Below, one piece after another: positions 31,135 through 45,579 of a stretch of 64,000 nucleotides of DNA. How positions within the stretch are numbered: position 1 is the stretch's first letter; every line of letters starts with the position of its first letter. Below the pieces are notes generated by a model. The model saw nothing but the letters and a program-made list of their open reading frames with translations. It was not told where the DNA came from and did no database searches. The DNA comes from the human T2T-CHM13v2.0 reference genome, Homo sapiens: NCBI RefSeq assembly GCF_009914755.1, contig NC_060925.1; one strand, given 5' to 3'. The translations under genes and the position numbers were made by a program.

Positions 31135-32118
31135 AGTTTAAACATAGTTTTACCGCAGTGTGCCACATGCCCCAGAGAGGTAGATTTGTGGTTGAGTGGC
31201 ACAGCAGGAGTGCAGGATTCTTCACTCGGCAGATGTCTGAGCAGAGTCTTGAAGACTGAGTAGGAATTGATCACATGGAAGGAGGAAAGATCCTTCCAGG
31301 CACAGGGGATCACATGTGTAAGGTATGGAGGCACAGATGGTGTGCTACAGCATGCAGTTAAAAAGCATTTGGGGTTGGTGGTGGGAGGGTAGCGGGGGCA
31401 GTTGGAGAGACCTGCAGGAGCCTGATCTCCAAAAACCTTGAGTGCTGCACTCAGAAGTATGGGTCTGATCTTATAGATTAATGGGATGATATGAAAGGGT
31501 TTTCAGAGGAGCACTGACATGATCAGATCAGGTGTTTAGAAAAGTCACTGGAATAGCAGCATGGAGAATGGATTGGATGGAGGAGACCAACTAGGAGGTT
31601 ATTGCCGTAGTGTATGAGACATGTATGTGAAAGGTGAGATGGGGAGAATGCGGGGGAGATGGAGAATAAGCAACACTGGGAAGTAGACAGTCTGAGGGCC
31701 TTGATGCCTGGGTATGGGCTATGAAAAGGGGTGGGTTGTAAGGGCAATTCCCAGGTGTCTGGCTTGAATGACTTGGGTGGGTACCACCAACAAAGATGGG
31801 GACTGGAGATGGGGCACATGACCCCAATGGAGACACTGAATTTTAGGCAGAAGAAGAGAATCCGGCCATGGGATCAGTGTCACCATGGAGGCTATAAATG
31901 CCAGACCCAAGATGGGGCCTCAAAGTGATGTCTCAGAAGCCAAGGAAGAAAGAATATTAGGATAAATGGAGTGGTTAACAATTTTTAATACCTCCAGGAG
32001 GTTTGGCAAAATAAAGACTGAGAACACTAGATTCAGCCAGTGGGAGGTCAGGAGAGGAGAGTTAGAGGAGCATGAGGAGTGAATGGGAAAGGAAGAAGCC
32101 AAAAAAAAAAAGCTTTCA

Positions 32119-32595
<477 letters not shown>

Positions 32596-32729
32596 TCATG
32601 GTCAAGGGCAGATCCATGCAGAAGCTGGGGCTGGTCCAGGTAGAGGTGGGCAGGAGGAAGGACACTTTTTATATACAGAAAGTGGCAGCATAGGTAGGCA
32701 TCAACCAGCATTCTAAGGGCACTTCTGAT

Positions 32730-33290
32730 TCTGACAGCACTGCCAGTTGCAAGTGATAGAAAATTCAACTCTAATTGGCTTGCAAATTAAAGAGAATTGT
32801 TAATGTAAATGTATATGTAATTAAAAACCCACAATAAGACTTGTTTCAGAAAATGTTCAATCAGTAACTCAAACAAGGACATGAAGGATTGAGTCTTCCT
32901 ATGTCTTCTCTCTGCCTTCCGGGTTATCCTCAGATTTCACATGGAGACACCCTTTCCCACCCCCAACAGCTCCAGCCTCTCCTCTTACTGAAGATGACCA
33001 CAGGGTCTTTTTCAGAAGAGAGGGGAAACTCCTCTTTCCCAGAGGTCTCAGCAGAAGTCTTCATGAATCACATTGCCGCCTGCTGGAATAGATGCCCATT
33101 CTTAAACCAGTCGTGGTGGTGACAGGCTAGGAGATGGTAATTGGCTTAAACTAATCAGGGCCCAGCCCTGGAATTGGTGTAGGATTGCTCTGAGAAAGGG
33201 GTAGAGATGAATTCTCCGAAGAAAAATATGGGCACTGTGGACGGGAGGAGGATAGTATGGGTGCTGGCTATGCAGCCAGTAAATATGCAC
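32730..33290. mobile_element. Old MLT1-type MaLR LTR remnant
   Basis: gttgcaagtgatagaaaattcaactctaattggctt is typical of MLT1J/K; degraded. Confidence 0.5.
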
Positions 33291-34539
33291 TAGAGTTCTC
33301 TGTGTGCTGGACGTTGTGCAGGTTGAACAAGACACTGTCTTAGCCTCAAGGAATTCATGGTGCAGTTGGGGAAACAGACAATTAATTGACACTGAAATCT
33401 AGCACTCATTATAGTGAATATATTCCAAAATGCTCTAAGAGCACTTAGGACGAGGACCTAATCCAGCCTTGGTGGGAAGGGATGGTGCCAGGAAAGTAAG
33501 GGAGACTTCCCAGAGGAGGTAGCACCTGACCTGAGCCTGGAAGATGGCAAAGAATTAGGAGAAAGAAGGAGAGCAGTAAAGGCAGACTAGGAAAGAAGAG
33601 TGATTGCCGTAAAGACAGTGTGGAAGTAAACAAAGATCACCCACATGAGAACAAGCGGAAGCTATTTATTCAGAGCTTGCTACAGCAAGGGAGTCAGCCA
33701 CCATCACCTGCATTTGACAGAGACTCAGAGGCAGGCAGGGGAGTGGGAAAGCTTCGTCATGAGTGAAAGGAAGGCTCCAGATGTGTCTGGGAAACTGGAG
33801 ATGGGCAAACTAGAAGTGGGCATCTTATGTGATTGGTTTGGGAACGTATTCAGCTTTCCTGGTCAGTTCTGAGTAGAAAGTGGCAGCAAGAAATAGGGGA
33901 GCTGACAGCACTGAGCAAGCCTGACTGTCCTGGGCTGGGTGCTGCAGAGCTTGTGTGTCAGGACTGTACTGTCATCTAGGGGCTGGCCAGCGTCTGATCT
34001 GTTCAGTCTGCATGGGGTATAAGTAGGAGTGATCCGAAATGGGATAGAGGAAGATGAGACTGAGCACCCCGGTCCTCAACACAAATGCAAAGGCTAGCGT
34101 GGGAAGGCTGGGGGATTTTCCAAGGCCAGCACTGCAGCCTTAGCCTGGCGTGTTCCTCCTCACACCCATGTCTTGCCGTTGCCCCCGTGCATCATGGCCA
34201 CTGGGCACAGGGTTTTTGAATATGGAACATTAGGCTGCTGCACAGGGATTCCAGTTCTTTCCTCCCACACTATCTTTATGTCAGTCACTCTCCTTTCCCA
34301 ATCTGCCTTTACTGTGGTTCTTCCTTCACTCAACAGTCTTTTCTTCAAATAAAACCTTATATGAAACCCCAGTATAAAAACAGTCACTGTTGGCAGCTCT
34401 GGGGAGAGTGGGAGGGGGGTCCTGAGTCCCACCTGTTCTCCTCCTGCCCAATCCTCCTTGAAGAAGGCCCCTGAGTCATTTTCGGAAAACCCACCAGCTC
34501 CTCTGGACCCAATGTGAAAACCTAGCATTAACAGATTCT

Positions 34540-34861
<322 letters not shown>

Positions 34862-35519
34862 TAACAGATTCTTAAGAAATCTTTAGCTCTGTCCTCACCC
34901 CTCTGGGTATTTTATGTTTTACCCCAGAGATGGCCATGAGGCTGGCTGCACAGGGTGGGGGTCTTGTTGAAAGAGTGTGGGGTGTCTGGTGTGCAGGCTG
35001 AGGGCTGGCCTCACTCAGAGGCTGTGGAGCCTCCTACCTGGCCTCCCCACTTCCACCCTGGCCCATTGACATTCTGCCCTCCATGTGGCAGCCAGAGTGG
35101 TCTTTACAAGCAAATCTCACCATGTCACTCTGGCTTCAAACCCTGCAGCCGCTTCCTATCATGCTTAGAATGTGCTTCAGGCTCCTTCTTTTGGCCTTCA
35201 GAGCTCTCCGTGAGCATGCCCTGGACTCTCTCTCTGACTGTGACTTGTTCCATTCTTGTCCTTGTGCCCTCCAAGCTCCAGCCATGCTGGCTTCTCTCAG
35301 TTTCTTGCATGGGGCAATGTGATTCCTGCCACAGGGCCTTTGCACAAGCAGCTCTTCTTGCCTGGGATGCTTTTCTGACCTGTCTTTGCAAGGTTAGTGC
35401 CTTCTTAACCATTCAGGTCTTGGTCAGATGGCAACTTCTCACAGAGAGGCCTTCCTTGACCACTCGCTTCACTTTATTACATCACATCAATCACTACTGT
35501 GGTTTCTTTCTTTAAAAAA

Positions 35520-36125
35520 AAAAACACTTCTAGAGCAGTTTTAGGTTCAAGGTACAGAGAGTTCCCATGCACCCCATCTTCACACGTACACAGCCCCCTC
35601 CATTATCAACATTTCTTACCATACTAACGTGTTCGTTACAGTCGATGAACCTACATGGACACATCATTATGACCCACAGTCCACAGTTGATGTTAGGGTT
35701 CACTCTTGGAGTTCTATGGGTTTGGACAAATGTATTATATAATGACAAGTATCTACTATTAGGGCATCATACAGAGAAGTTTCACTGCCCTAAACACCCT
35801 CCTCTGTGCTCTGTCTATTCATCCCTCAACCTGCACCCCCAGCAACCACAGATCTTTCTAGTGTCTCTATAGTTTTGCCTTTTCCAGAATGTCATGCGGT
35901 TGTAACCACACAGTGTGCAGCCTTTTCAGACTGGCTTCCTTCACTTGGTAGTGTGCCTTTCCTTCATGTCTTTCCATGGCTTGGTAGCTCACTTCTTTTG
36001 GGCACTGAGTAATATTCCATTGGATGTACCTCCGTTTCTCCATCCGCTGATGGGAGAACGTCCTGGTTGCTTCTGTCTGGGTTTTGGCAAAATTATCAAC
36101 AAAGCTGTTAAACATCCACGTGCAG
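35520..36125 (-). mobile_element. L1MC-like 3' end inserted in a sense L2 (about 35060-35500 and 36150-36297)
   Basis: tagagcagttttaggttca...ggtacagagagttccc...gatgaacctaca; the flanking L2 ends in gtgaatgaat. Confidence 0.75.
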
Positions 36126-37398
36126 GTCGGTTGTGTTTTCTCCGTTGCACTTATTGCTACTGGATTTTTGGTTCAACATATATTTACTGTCCTCCCTGCT
36201 GGGATGGAAGCTCCATGAGAGTAGAGGGACTTTGTCTCTTGTCCATGCATGTGTTCTCTAGAATAATCCCTGCCATCCAGTCGGCTATGTGAATGAATCC
36301 CTGCCCACTGCATGCAGCCCAAAAGTCTGAGATGGCTTTCCCTCCAGGAGACGAAGAGCTGCCAGCTGAGCCATGTCTCGACGCTGCCAGTCTTCTCTCC
36401 TTGTCACTTCAGATGTGTTGTGACCACCAGGACAGCCTGCCCAGAACGTGGCTGTGGGAATGTGAGGAGCTCCCGATGGCGACAGCTCGTGGGAGCCACG
36501 GGATCTCATCCATCTGCCAGGGACAGCTTGTGGAATCAACACCACGGGCCCCCAATGTGGGGAAAGAAACCAGGGCCCAGAAGAAAAGGAAAAACAGAAA
36601 AGCAGGCTGTGACCATGGATGCGTCATTATTACAGCCACTTACTACTCATATTGGTCATGTCGTGGAGGTGGACAGAATGCTTCCCTCATCCCTTTGAGC
36701 TCAAACCCACTCAGGGGCAGCAGCTGACATTTTTTAAGCATTTACGCTGTGCCCCATGCTTTACCAAGTGTTTTACATAGGAATTGTGTGATAAATCCTC
36801 ACAGCAGCCTTCTAGAATTGGTGCTATTGTTATCCCCATTTTTCAGATGATAAATACAAAGCTTCCAAGCTTCAGTGCTTGCCCAAGCCCCCCACCCTGC
36901 CGCCGGCTCCCATACTTTTAAGTGGGAAGTGGCCTCAAACCAGGCAGTCTAACCATGCAGCCAATGCTCTCGAACTAGACAAGACACCACCATGTCCAGA
37001 GGTCTTCTACCAGGCGGATCATTAGCAAACTCACATGTGACATCTTGGACATTTTGAATCTGAATCACTCACAAGCCTTGCAGATTTAAAGGCCTTGTGT
37101 TCAGGCAGGTTGCCCATGTGTGTGGACCATCCCTGTGTGAGATAACAGGTTCTAAGAGCATTAAAAACAATCTACAACCTGATTTGGCCCCTGCCTAGAA
37201 GATTGAGGGCCCGGGAATCTGTATGTTTGAAGAGTGTCCAGGTGACTCTGAAAAGCATCCAGCCTTCCTCCTGTGTGGGAATGTTGTCAGTAACACACCT
37301 AACCAATGCCATTTGGAGTTTTTATGAAACAGTACTTAACATGGCAGAACATGTCACCTTCAGGTAGTTCTATTCTCTTTTCTTCCTGTATGGATGGA

Positions 37399-37402
<4 letters not shown>

Positions 37403-37452
<50 letters not shown>
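37403..37452. repeat. (TG)n microsatellite, about 25 units
   Basis: Uninterrupted TG run, read directly. Confidence 0.97.
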
Positions 37453-37455
<3 letters not shown>

Positions 37456-38535
37456 GGGGATTGGGAGACCTCAGATATACATGAGCTGAATTAATCATGT
37501 TCTCCAGTACTTAGTATACCATGCATCCACATAGGATTTATTTCTTTGTTGTATTTATTTTTGTTCTTTTCTGCACTCTCCCCCTGCCCCCTGCAATGAG
37601 CCCTCCTCTCATGTATTTTATATCCTTACAGCCTGCCTCTTATGTTATTATATATAAAAGGATCCTTCAAACATATCATATGTAGAGTATGTTTTTTCAC
37701 TAATGGTATTGTGGCACGGCTGCATTTATCAGACAATTCTTCCTGTGACTCAAGGAAGCACCTGCCTTTCTGAAACATCCTCCTATTTGGTCCTAGCTTT
37801 GCCCCTGTGGAACTAAACAGAAAAATTCTACACTCTCTCCCAGCATGTGAATACAATCACTGTGGCCCCTCTTCTTCAGGCTCAACCTACCCCCTCTCCT
37901 CTACTTTCCCTCCTAGGATGTGGGAGTTTCCTGGTCCTCCCTGGGATGATCCCACTAGAACCAACCACCCCCACATCTGGATGTTGCACTTCTCTGCACC
38001 TAAGCAGTCACCTCTGGTGTGGTTGGAAGTGCTGGGAGAGGAACCCGAGAGGTGGCATGACTGGGCCCTAGGGCAAGACTGTGCAATGACTAAGGTTGAA
38101 TGGGAAGTGTGGACTTGATTGCTGTAGGCTAGCAAGCCTGTCCCTTTCACCTTTCTTCCTGGTCATCAGGACAGGGGAACTGTAAGCCTTGCTGATGTAG
38201 GGGTACCTTCAGGCAGGGCATCTCTGCTGTCACTCTATGTTGGGTTCTTTGAGCTCAGTACTAGAACTCTCATACTCAGAAAGATGGTGGATTCATTCCT
38301 TCCTTTGACTTGGATGGAAATTTCCTCAGAATGGATGGCAGGGGTTGCAAACCATGTGCCTGCCTTCCATGCTGAGTGAGCCCAGCCTGGGGAGCTGAGG
38401 GCCCTATATGCTCACATCAAATAATCTGTCCTCTTCATCCTCTGTCCCATCTTTATGAGCACATAATGGAGGCCAATATTATACTTTTCTTTTTTGTTGA
38501 GGTGAAACATAAACCGTTTTAAAGTGCACAGCTCA

Positions 38536-38868
<333 letters not shown>

Positions 38869-40354
38869 TCACAATGTGTGCACCCACAACTCTATCCAGT
38901 TCAAAACATTTGCATCTCAAAAGGAAACCTCATACCCATTAACCAGTTTCCCTCCTTCTCCCTTCCCCTCTGCCTCTGGTCACCAAAGACAATCTGTGTT
39001 TTGTCTCAGTGTATGTATCTATTCTACAGATAAGACCTAGACATGTCATATCTATGGGATCATTCCCTGTGACCTTTTGTGCATGGTTCTTTCACCGAGC
39101 GTGTTTTCAGGATTCATCCATGTTGGAGCATGTCAGTATTGAATTCCTTCCTATGGCTGAGTCATATTCCAGGGTATATACATACTGGAATTTGTTTATC
39201 CATTCATTCCTTAGAGGACATGTGGGCTGTGTCCACCCTTTGGCTGTTGTGCATGATGCTGCTGTGAACATTTTGTGTACATGTACTTGTTTGATGCCTG
39301 TTTTTAATCCTTTTGCACATATACCTTAGAATTGCAGAGTCATATGGTAATTTTATGTCTAACTTTTTGAGGAACTGCCAAACTATACATTTCTTTTTTA
39401 AATAGCAACCTTACTCTGGTACTTTTCCTGTATATACAAAGAGAAAAATGGGTGGAAAATCCCTGGACTAGGAGTCAAGAAACCTGGGTTCTTTTTCTAC
39501 CTTTGCCACTAACCAGCTAGGTAAACTCAAACCAGTCACTTCCCTTCTCTCGGCTTTTGTTTCTTCATCTGAAAAGAAAGGGGATTGGATGAAACTAGTG
39601 TTCTTTAAATTCTTTTCCTCTTGTAAGGTTTTGTTGGAAAAACTGGGTTCCAGAGAGGAAAGAGGGAGAGAATTGCTACACAGCTAAATGTGATTATCTT
39701 GAGATTCTTTTTCCACTCTATTGCTAAATAGTGAATTTAAAATATCCCATACAATTGGGCTTTTTTTTCTTGCCAATGTGTATCTGATTTAATGAATAGC
39801 TTCTGGCTTCCTAATTCTATCAAGAGTCCCAAAATAAAATATCCGTCTCTTTCCCTTCACTTCCTACTGCTTGGCAGCTCCTAAACCAAACATGGTGGTC
39901 GTGGAGCCCGGATGGGAGCCATCCCTGCTGCCCCTGCTGTGCCTTCCTCTATCGCAGGTTCCCTCAGCACTAAGGGTTCAGTTGCCTGATCTGAGTCTGG
40001 TCTTTGGAGATGTATAAGCCAAGGAGAGGCATTAGTGGATTCTTTCTGCGACAGTATAAGGACCATCTTAGAGAGTTGGGAAGGTGAACCAAAGACCTCC
40101 TGTGATGCCTTCTAGCCAGAGGGTCCCTCCTTGGGAGATTTTCTACTCTCTTAACCCTCTTTCAGCTTGTTGGTTTCCTCTCCAGAGAGCACCGTCTGTG
40201 TAGGGGCGGATTTTTTTTGTTCCACTAATGAGTAGCCTTCACAGTATGCCACCCAGGTCCACAGCATGTGCTCTCCTGCGCCGCCTGGTGGTTTTCTGGG
40301 GAAACGTGAGGTTTTAAAAAGCACATGATGGTCCAAATGGCTTCTTATTTCATC

Positions 40355-41160
40355 CATTTAATCATTCGTTCATTTTTTCATCCATCCATATGTCGATCCC
40401 TCTCACAGTTTTGAGGATCTGCTATGTTTTAGGTACTATGGTCGATTCTAAGAATAAAACAGTAAACAAGATAGGGTACCTTCCCTTATAAAAAAGCTTT
40501 CATTTTCATAGGGGAGATAGACAAGTGGCTTTTGGAATGAATACAAAGTGAAATGTGCCATAATGGGGGAAGTAAAGGGTGTGCAGGAGCACAGATGAAG
40601 GACACGTATGTCATACCTGGCAAATACTAACGAGAGAGGGCAGACACAGAGTGTTCTAGACCAGAGCTTAATGGTGCAAAAGTCAGTAAGCAAGACCAAG
40701 CATGATGTACCGAGGGAGCTGGTAGAAGAGCAGTCTTGGCTGGAACACAGGATGCAAGGGAGAGATGAGCAGTGAGCTAGCAGAGGGGATGCATTATGCA
40801 GGGCCTCTGAGCCATGTCAAGGACACTACCTTTAACTCCCAAGCAGCAGTGAGCTATTGAGAGTTGCACTAGGGGAGTAGCACATTTCTGTTTGCCTTTA
40901 GAAATAACAGCTTTGGTTATGAGTGGAGAGTAAATCAGAGGGGCATATCACACTGCATCCCATAAATGCGTACAATTATTATGTGTCAATTAAAAATAAT
41001 AAAGTAAAAAACAAACCACAGGGGGGAAAGTGGACGTGGAGAGACCACTTAGGAAGCTGTTGCAGTAACTCTGGCATGAAATGTTGGTGATCAAAACCAC
41101 GGTGGTGGCAGTGGGAAAGGAGGCAAGTGGAGGAGTCCAGAAATATACACAAAGTTGAGG
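40355..41160 (-). mobile_element. L2 remnant
   Basis: Starts cattcgttcatttttt catccatcc (reverse complement of the L2 tail); gagaccacttaggaagctgttgcagtaa...ggtggtggcagtggg. Confidence 0.65.
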
Positions 41161-42253
41161 TTTGGTGCTGGGCCCAGCTTCTGGGAAAGAAACTGCAAAA
41201 ATGTGAATAAGAATCCTTTAGTTTGCCCCATATCCTGGCACAAGGGAAGTCCCTTGTCCTATTGCAATAATCAGTGACCTGCTTTTTGCTCCAGGTCTCC
41301 AGAAGGATGGCCTTGTCTCCCAGGATCTCTTGCCCCCTCAGAGAGCAGGCACTGGAGTCCTGTTCTTATCTTCTGCACCCTCAGTCAGGGTGGATAGGAG
41401 ATGGTGCATGTGCACAATTGAGAGTGGGCTTCAATTTGCTGCCGAATAAAATAGGAGCAGGAGAATGATGTGTCCATCTGATAGGTAGCTATGAATCTAG
41501 GAAAACTGGAGGAATTCTGGAGAAGCCACCTCCTGCCTTCCTCTTTGACTTGCCACCACAGTAGAATAACAAACTGGACCAATTTTTTAAAGTGTATGTT
41601 TCAGAACCTCAGGCAATCTTAAAGCACTCTATTTGAGTCTCAGCTGTAGGCCATTCTTGCTCTTCTCTTTCTAGAGGAGGAGAAGAAAGGTTTGTCTCTA
41701 AGGATCCATTCTAGGTTCCTTGGACAACCATTTTTAACACCATCCCTGTAAGCCCTGGAATGATTTCTTGTGCTTGAGGATGAACACTGAATCATCATAC
41801 ATGTTGTTTACTCTACCAACCACCTGAAGCCCGCTTCTTCCTGGTCATTGTCTCACCACTGCCGTTATCTATAAAAGGACAATATCAGGGACCACTGTAC
41901 CTTAGCTGCACAAAATACTTGCAGAAATCATTCATTTTTCTACAAAAATGACAAAAAGTCCTTTGTGCGCCAAGTCTTCACTTATCTAACCCATGATCCC
42001 CAGTCCTGCCAATGTCACCCTGCCCCCTTCGTCCTGGGATCAAAGGACATCAGTGCGATCTCATGTCTGTGCCTCTACCGCAAATATGCTCAACCCCAGG
42101 CACACTCAGCACATGTGGTTCAGAGAGGCTGTGAGATTGGTGCATTTCTTACCAGATCGGTGCATGGCATCTTCTGGTTGCTGGGCCTGCAGGCCAATAG
42201 GCCAATGTTTGTTTTCATGACTGTTCTTTGCAGAGTTGCCCTTCCTTCTCTAA

Positions 42254-42468
42254 CAGTGGTTTTCAGCTGGGAGTTTTGCCCTCCAGGGAACAATTGCCAA
42301 TGTCTGGAGACATTTCTGATTGGTAGTGGTGAAGGGGTTGGGCTGTACTGGCTTCTATCGGGTAGAGGTCAGAGATGCTGCTAAACATCTTACAATACCC
42401 AGGACAGTTCCCCAGGCCAAGAATTGTTCAGTCCCACGTGTCAGTAGTGTTGAGGTTAAGAAACTCTG
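42254..42468 (+). mobile_element. MER20 hAT-Charlie MITE
   Basis: cagtggtt...caatgtctggagacattt...gggtagaggtcagagatgctgctaaacatc...gaggttaagaaactctg. Confidence 0.88.
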
Positions 42469-42590
42469 CTCTATCTAGAACATTACTCTGTGACCAAGGG
42501 GGCTCTTCGGTCCTCCAAAGCCCTGTAGGATTGCTAGAGCAAACCACAAGTTCATGAAAAACTCACTTGCTCTTATGTTTCTTTCCACAG

Positions 42591-42680
42591 CTGAGTGCTG
42601 TCCAGGAGGCCCAGTTAAAGCGGCTCGAGGTGACAAGACCCCGAGTGCTGGGGAGCAGGGAGCAGGGCCAGGTGCCGAGG
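42591..42680 (+). other. NFASC: 5'-UTR part (90 nt) of the NFASC start-codon exon
   Basis: Acceptor tcttatgtttctttccacAG ends at 42590; contiguous with the ATG at 42681. Confidence 0.9.
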
Positions 42681-42771
42681 ATGGCCAGGCAGCCACCGCC
42701 GCCCTGGGTCCATGCAGCCTTCCTCCTCTGCCTCCTCAGTCTTGGCGGAGCCATCGAAATTCCTATGGATC
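42681..42771 (+). CDS. NFASC: Neurofascin first coding exon: signal peptide and N-terminus, [30 protein letters not shown] + 1 nt
   Basis: Strong Kozak context gccgAggATGG; hydrophobic signal peptide; matches the neurofascin N-terminus; donor C|GTGAGT (phase 1). Confidence 0.97.
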
Positions 42772-44931
42772 GTGAGTCCTGCCCCATTCTCTTCTCTTTT
42801 TTTTCCTGATTTTGGGCAGAGGGGTGGGAGGGGAGGGAAGGTCAGAGGAAAGTTCAGATAATCCAAGGAGATTGAGGAGAGGGGACGCGGTGGATTCTGA
42901 GATTCAGAGCTGGGTTTCTCTCCAAAGAATTGACACAGGCTCATGTTTGGAAGTTTGAGACTGTATGTTGCAGAGCCAGTTTCTCAGGCCTGTGGCTGAG
43001 CTGATGCTTGGGGTGCCTGGAGCCAGCTGAGTGGGACTAGAGGTGGCGGAGTTTGGGATTCTGAGTGCCACTTGGGTTTTTCCCTCTGCTCACCTCTCCA
43101 GGTCCTCTGTGGTCTTGACTTGCCCATGAAAGCAGTCCAGGGTCAAGTGTGGTGGAGCAGTTCTTACTTGCCTTTCTAATGTCTGATATATTCAAATCCA
43201 CACCCTTCGGGCCCTCTTGGCTGGAGTAATCAGGAGGACACAGGCCTGGGAAGGGCTGGGAGCAGAATTATCTTTGCAAAAGACATGGCTAAATGAGACA
43301 TTAAAATAGAGCCCCATTATCATGCCGCATGGGAGAACCAGGCATGGATTCCTTCTCATTGTTTTCAACTTTCCTGCAGTAAAGATAAAAAGTAAAATCG
43401 CTGTCATTCTGTTTCTCATAGAGGGGGCATTATTTGACCATCAGAATCATAAAGTAAGGGGCTTAAAATGCAAATCTAACAGCCATGTCTCCACCAACCA
43501 TATCTGTTGCTGCGTTCATCAATGGCCCATGTATTGGCAGCCAAGCTCCTCGGCCCTGCCTTTAGGTGTGTGCCACCTTTACCACAACTCTGACACTTCT
43601 GGCAAAATGTCTTAGCATCCCCAGGCTAGGATGTGAGCATGCCATCTCTGACCCCTGTTCCTTGTGTCAAGGAACAGAGGGGACCCACATGACACCAACA
43701 TTGGCTTGGGCTCTCTCCAGTTAACAGATGTCTGGGGAGGGGGGCAGGAGAGTAATACAAACTCTAAAAAGTCGTCCCTGAGCTCTCCAAAGCCAGACCC
43801 CTGGTCCTGGAGTTACCACAGTTTGGAGAAGAGTTGGAGGTATCTCAGCCCTCCTGGCACTCTACTTCACCCATAATAGCTGCCCCTGCCCCAGAGGAGG
43901 GGACTTTTTGGATGATAGAACACCAGTAGTAACTGTAAGTCAGACCCAGAGGTAAGATGGGCAAAGCCCCTGCTGCCCTCCCAATACCCCCAGGCATGTG
44001 GACTTGAATGTATGTGTGCATATGTATGCATGCCCACACACGTGTGCATGTGCACAGGGAGGGAGGGAGGGAGGAGAGGAGAGTTGTGAAAGGACCTGTT
44101 CCCATGGTAACTGTCTGCGAGGCTGGCTCGAGGAGAGTTTCTCATTAACAGTCCCAGGCAGACAGTCTAATAAGGAGCCTGGTAAGGCCAAGTCCCCGGA
44201 GGGAGGGTGTGCAGAGGAAATTGGGTTATCAGGGAAGTGGTGAAGGCTCATTTCTCTTCTGCCACTTCTCCTCTCTCACTCACCTGCTGCTTTGATCCCC
44301 AGGGCCAGTGGGTGAGGGGTCCCTGCAAGGTGAGCCTATAAATAGATGGCTTTGGTGTCTATCTTAAGAATCTGGAATTCTAAAGCTCTACAGGAAACGG
44401 AGACACAGCAGACACCCCAAGCAGTCAGGCTCTCCAAAGCCCCACCTGTAGGGTAGAGCTGAGAGTGCCCTGATCTCCCCACCATCTCCCCATTCCAGTG
44501 TCCCTGGGACGACCCCCACCCCACGTTGTGTTCGCGGAAACTCAAGCCTTTGCTAGCTTAGAGTCACACAGCAAATGGTTGGTGGAAACAAAAAAGAAAC
44601 CACTGGAATCGCAGGTGTCATGCACCAGGGAGTGAGCTAAGTGCTGCATGTGCCTCATCGCACATGGTTCTGGCAGCTAACCCTCAACATAGGTGTTATC
44701 CTTAGCCTGCGGGTTAGAGACAAGGAAGCGACAGAGCCGGGATAGGACCACAGCACCTCTCTGATGGAGAGGGAAGTCCTTCTGCAATGCCATTCCAGAT
44801 GCTCTGGCTGTGTCGGGGCAGGAGACCCAGGCTGCCCGGAGCATGCCCCACACACATGGCACCTCCCCGGTTGCTGCAGGTCCAGTGGCCCTGGCAACGT
44901 GTCCAAAAAGAGTCTGCAGAAACTGAACACA

Positions 44932-45579
44932 CTTTCCCAGTGGCCACCGAAGATGACAGGGGATGAGGGGGCAGGTCCTGGCACTCTATGGCCGAGGCCA
45001 TCTCCTGGGCCTCCTGTACTGCTGGGCTGGAAGGTGGTGGTCATGTACGGCGAGGGCATTGGCATTTCTGGCAATTTCTATAGAAACAAGTTAAAGTACC
45101 TGGCCTTCCTCTGCAAGTGGATGAACACCAACCCTTCCCGGGGCCCCCACCATCCCCGGGCTGCCAGCCTTCTTTTTCGGCAGACCCCACGGGGCATGCT
45201 ACCCCACAAGACCAAGCGAGGCCAGCCGCCCTGGACCGCCTCATGGTGTGTGATGGGATCCCACCGCCCCTGACACAAACAAGCAGATGGTGATCCCTGC
45301 TGCCCTCAAGGCTGAGCATCTGAAGCCCACAAGAAAGTTTGCTTGCCTGGGGCACCTGTCTCATAAGGTTGACTGGAAGTACCAGGCAGTGATAGCCACC
45401 CTGGAGGAAAAGAGGAGGGAAAAGGCCAAGATCCACTACCAAAAGAAACAGCAGCAGAAACAGGCCCAAAAGAACGGGGAGAAGAAAATTGCAAGTTCAC
45501 AGGGGTCCTCAAGACCCATGGGCTTCTGGTCTGAGCCCATAAAGACTGTTTATTCCTCAAAAACAAACAAACAGAATAA
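44932..45579 (+). pseudogene. Processed RPL13A (uL13) pseudogene, essentially full length, with frameshifts and deletions
   Basis: Translations [71 protein letters not shown] match RPL13A. Intronless; pyrimidine 5' leader; ATG at 44953; TGA at 45532; A-rich tail from 45559; degenerate 14-bp TSD. Confidence 0.95.

Noticed and set aside
44336-44345. Perfect MEF2/TATA-like CTATAAATAG
   Set aside because: About one such degenerate 10-mer is expected by chance in 64 kb; no supporting cluster.
44764-45273. 169-aa ORF, and the 139-aa ORF at 45287..45706
   Set aside because: Pieces of the frameshifted RPL13A pseudogene fused to flanking intron sequence; no evidence of a real gene.
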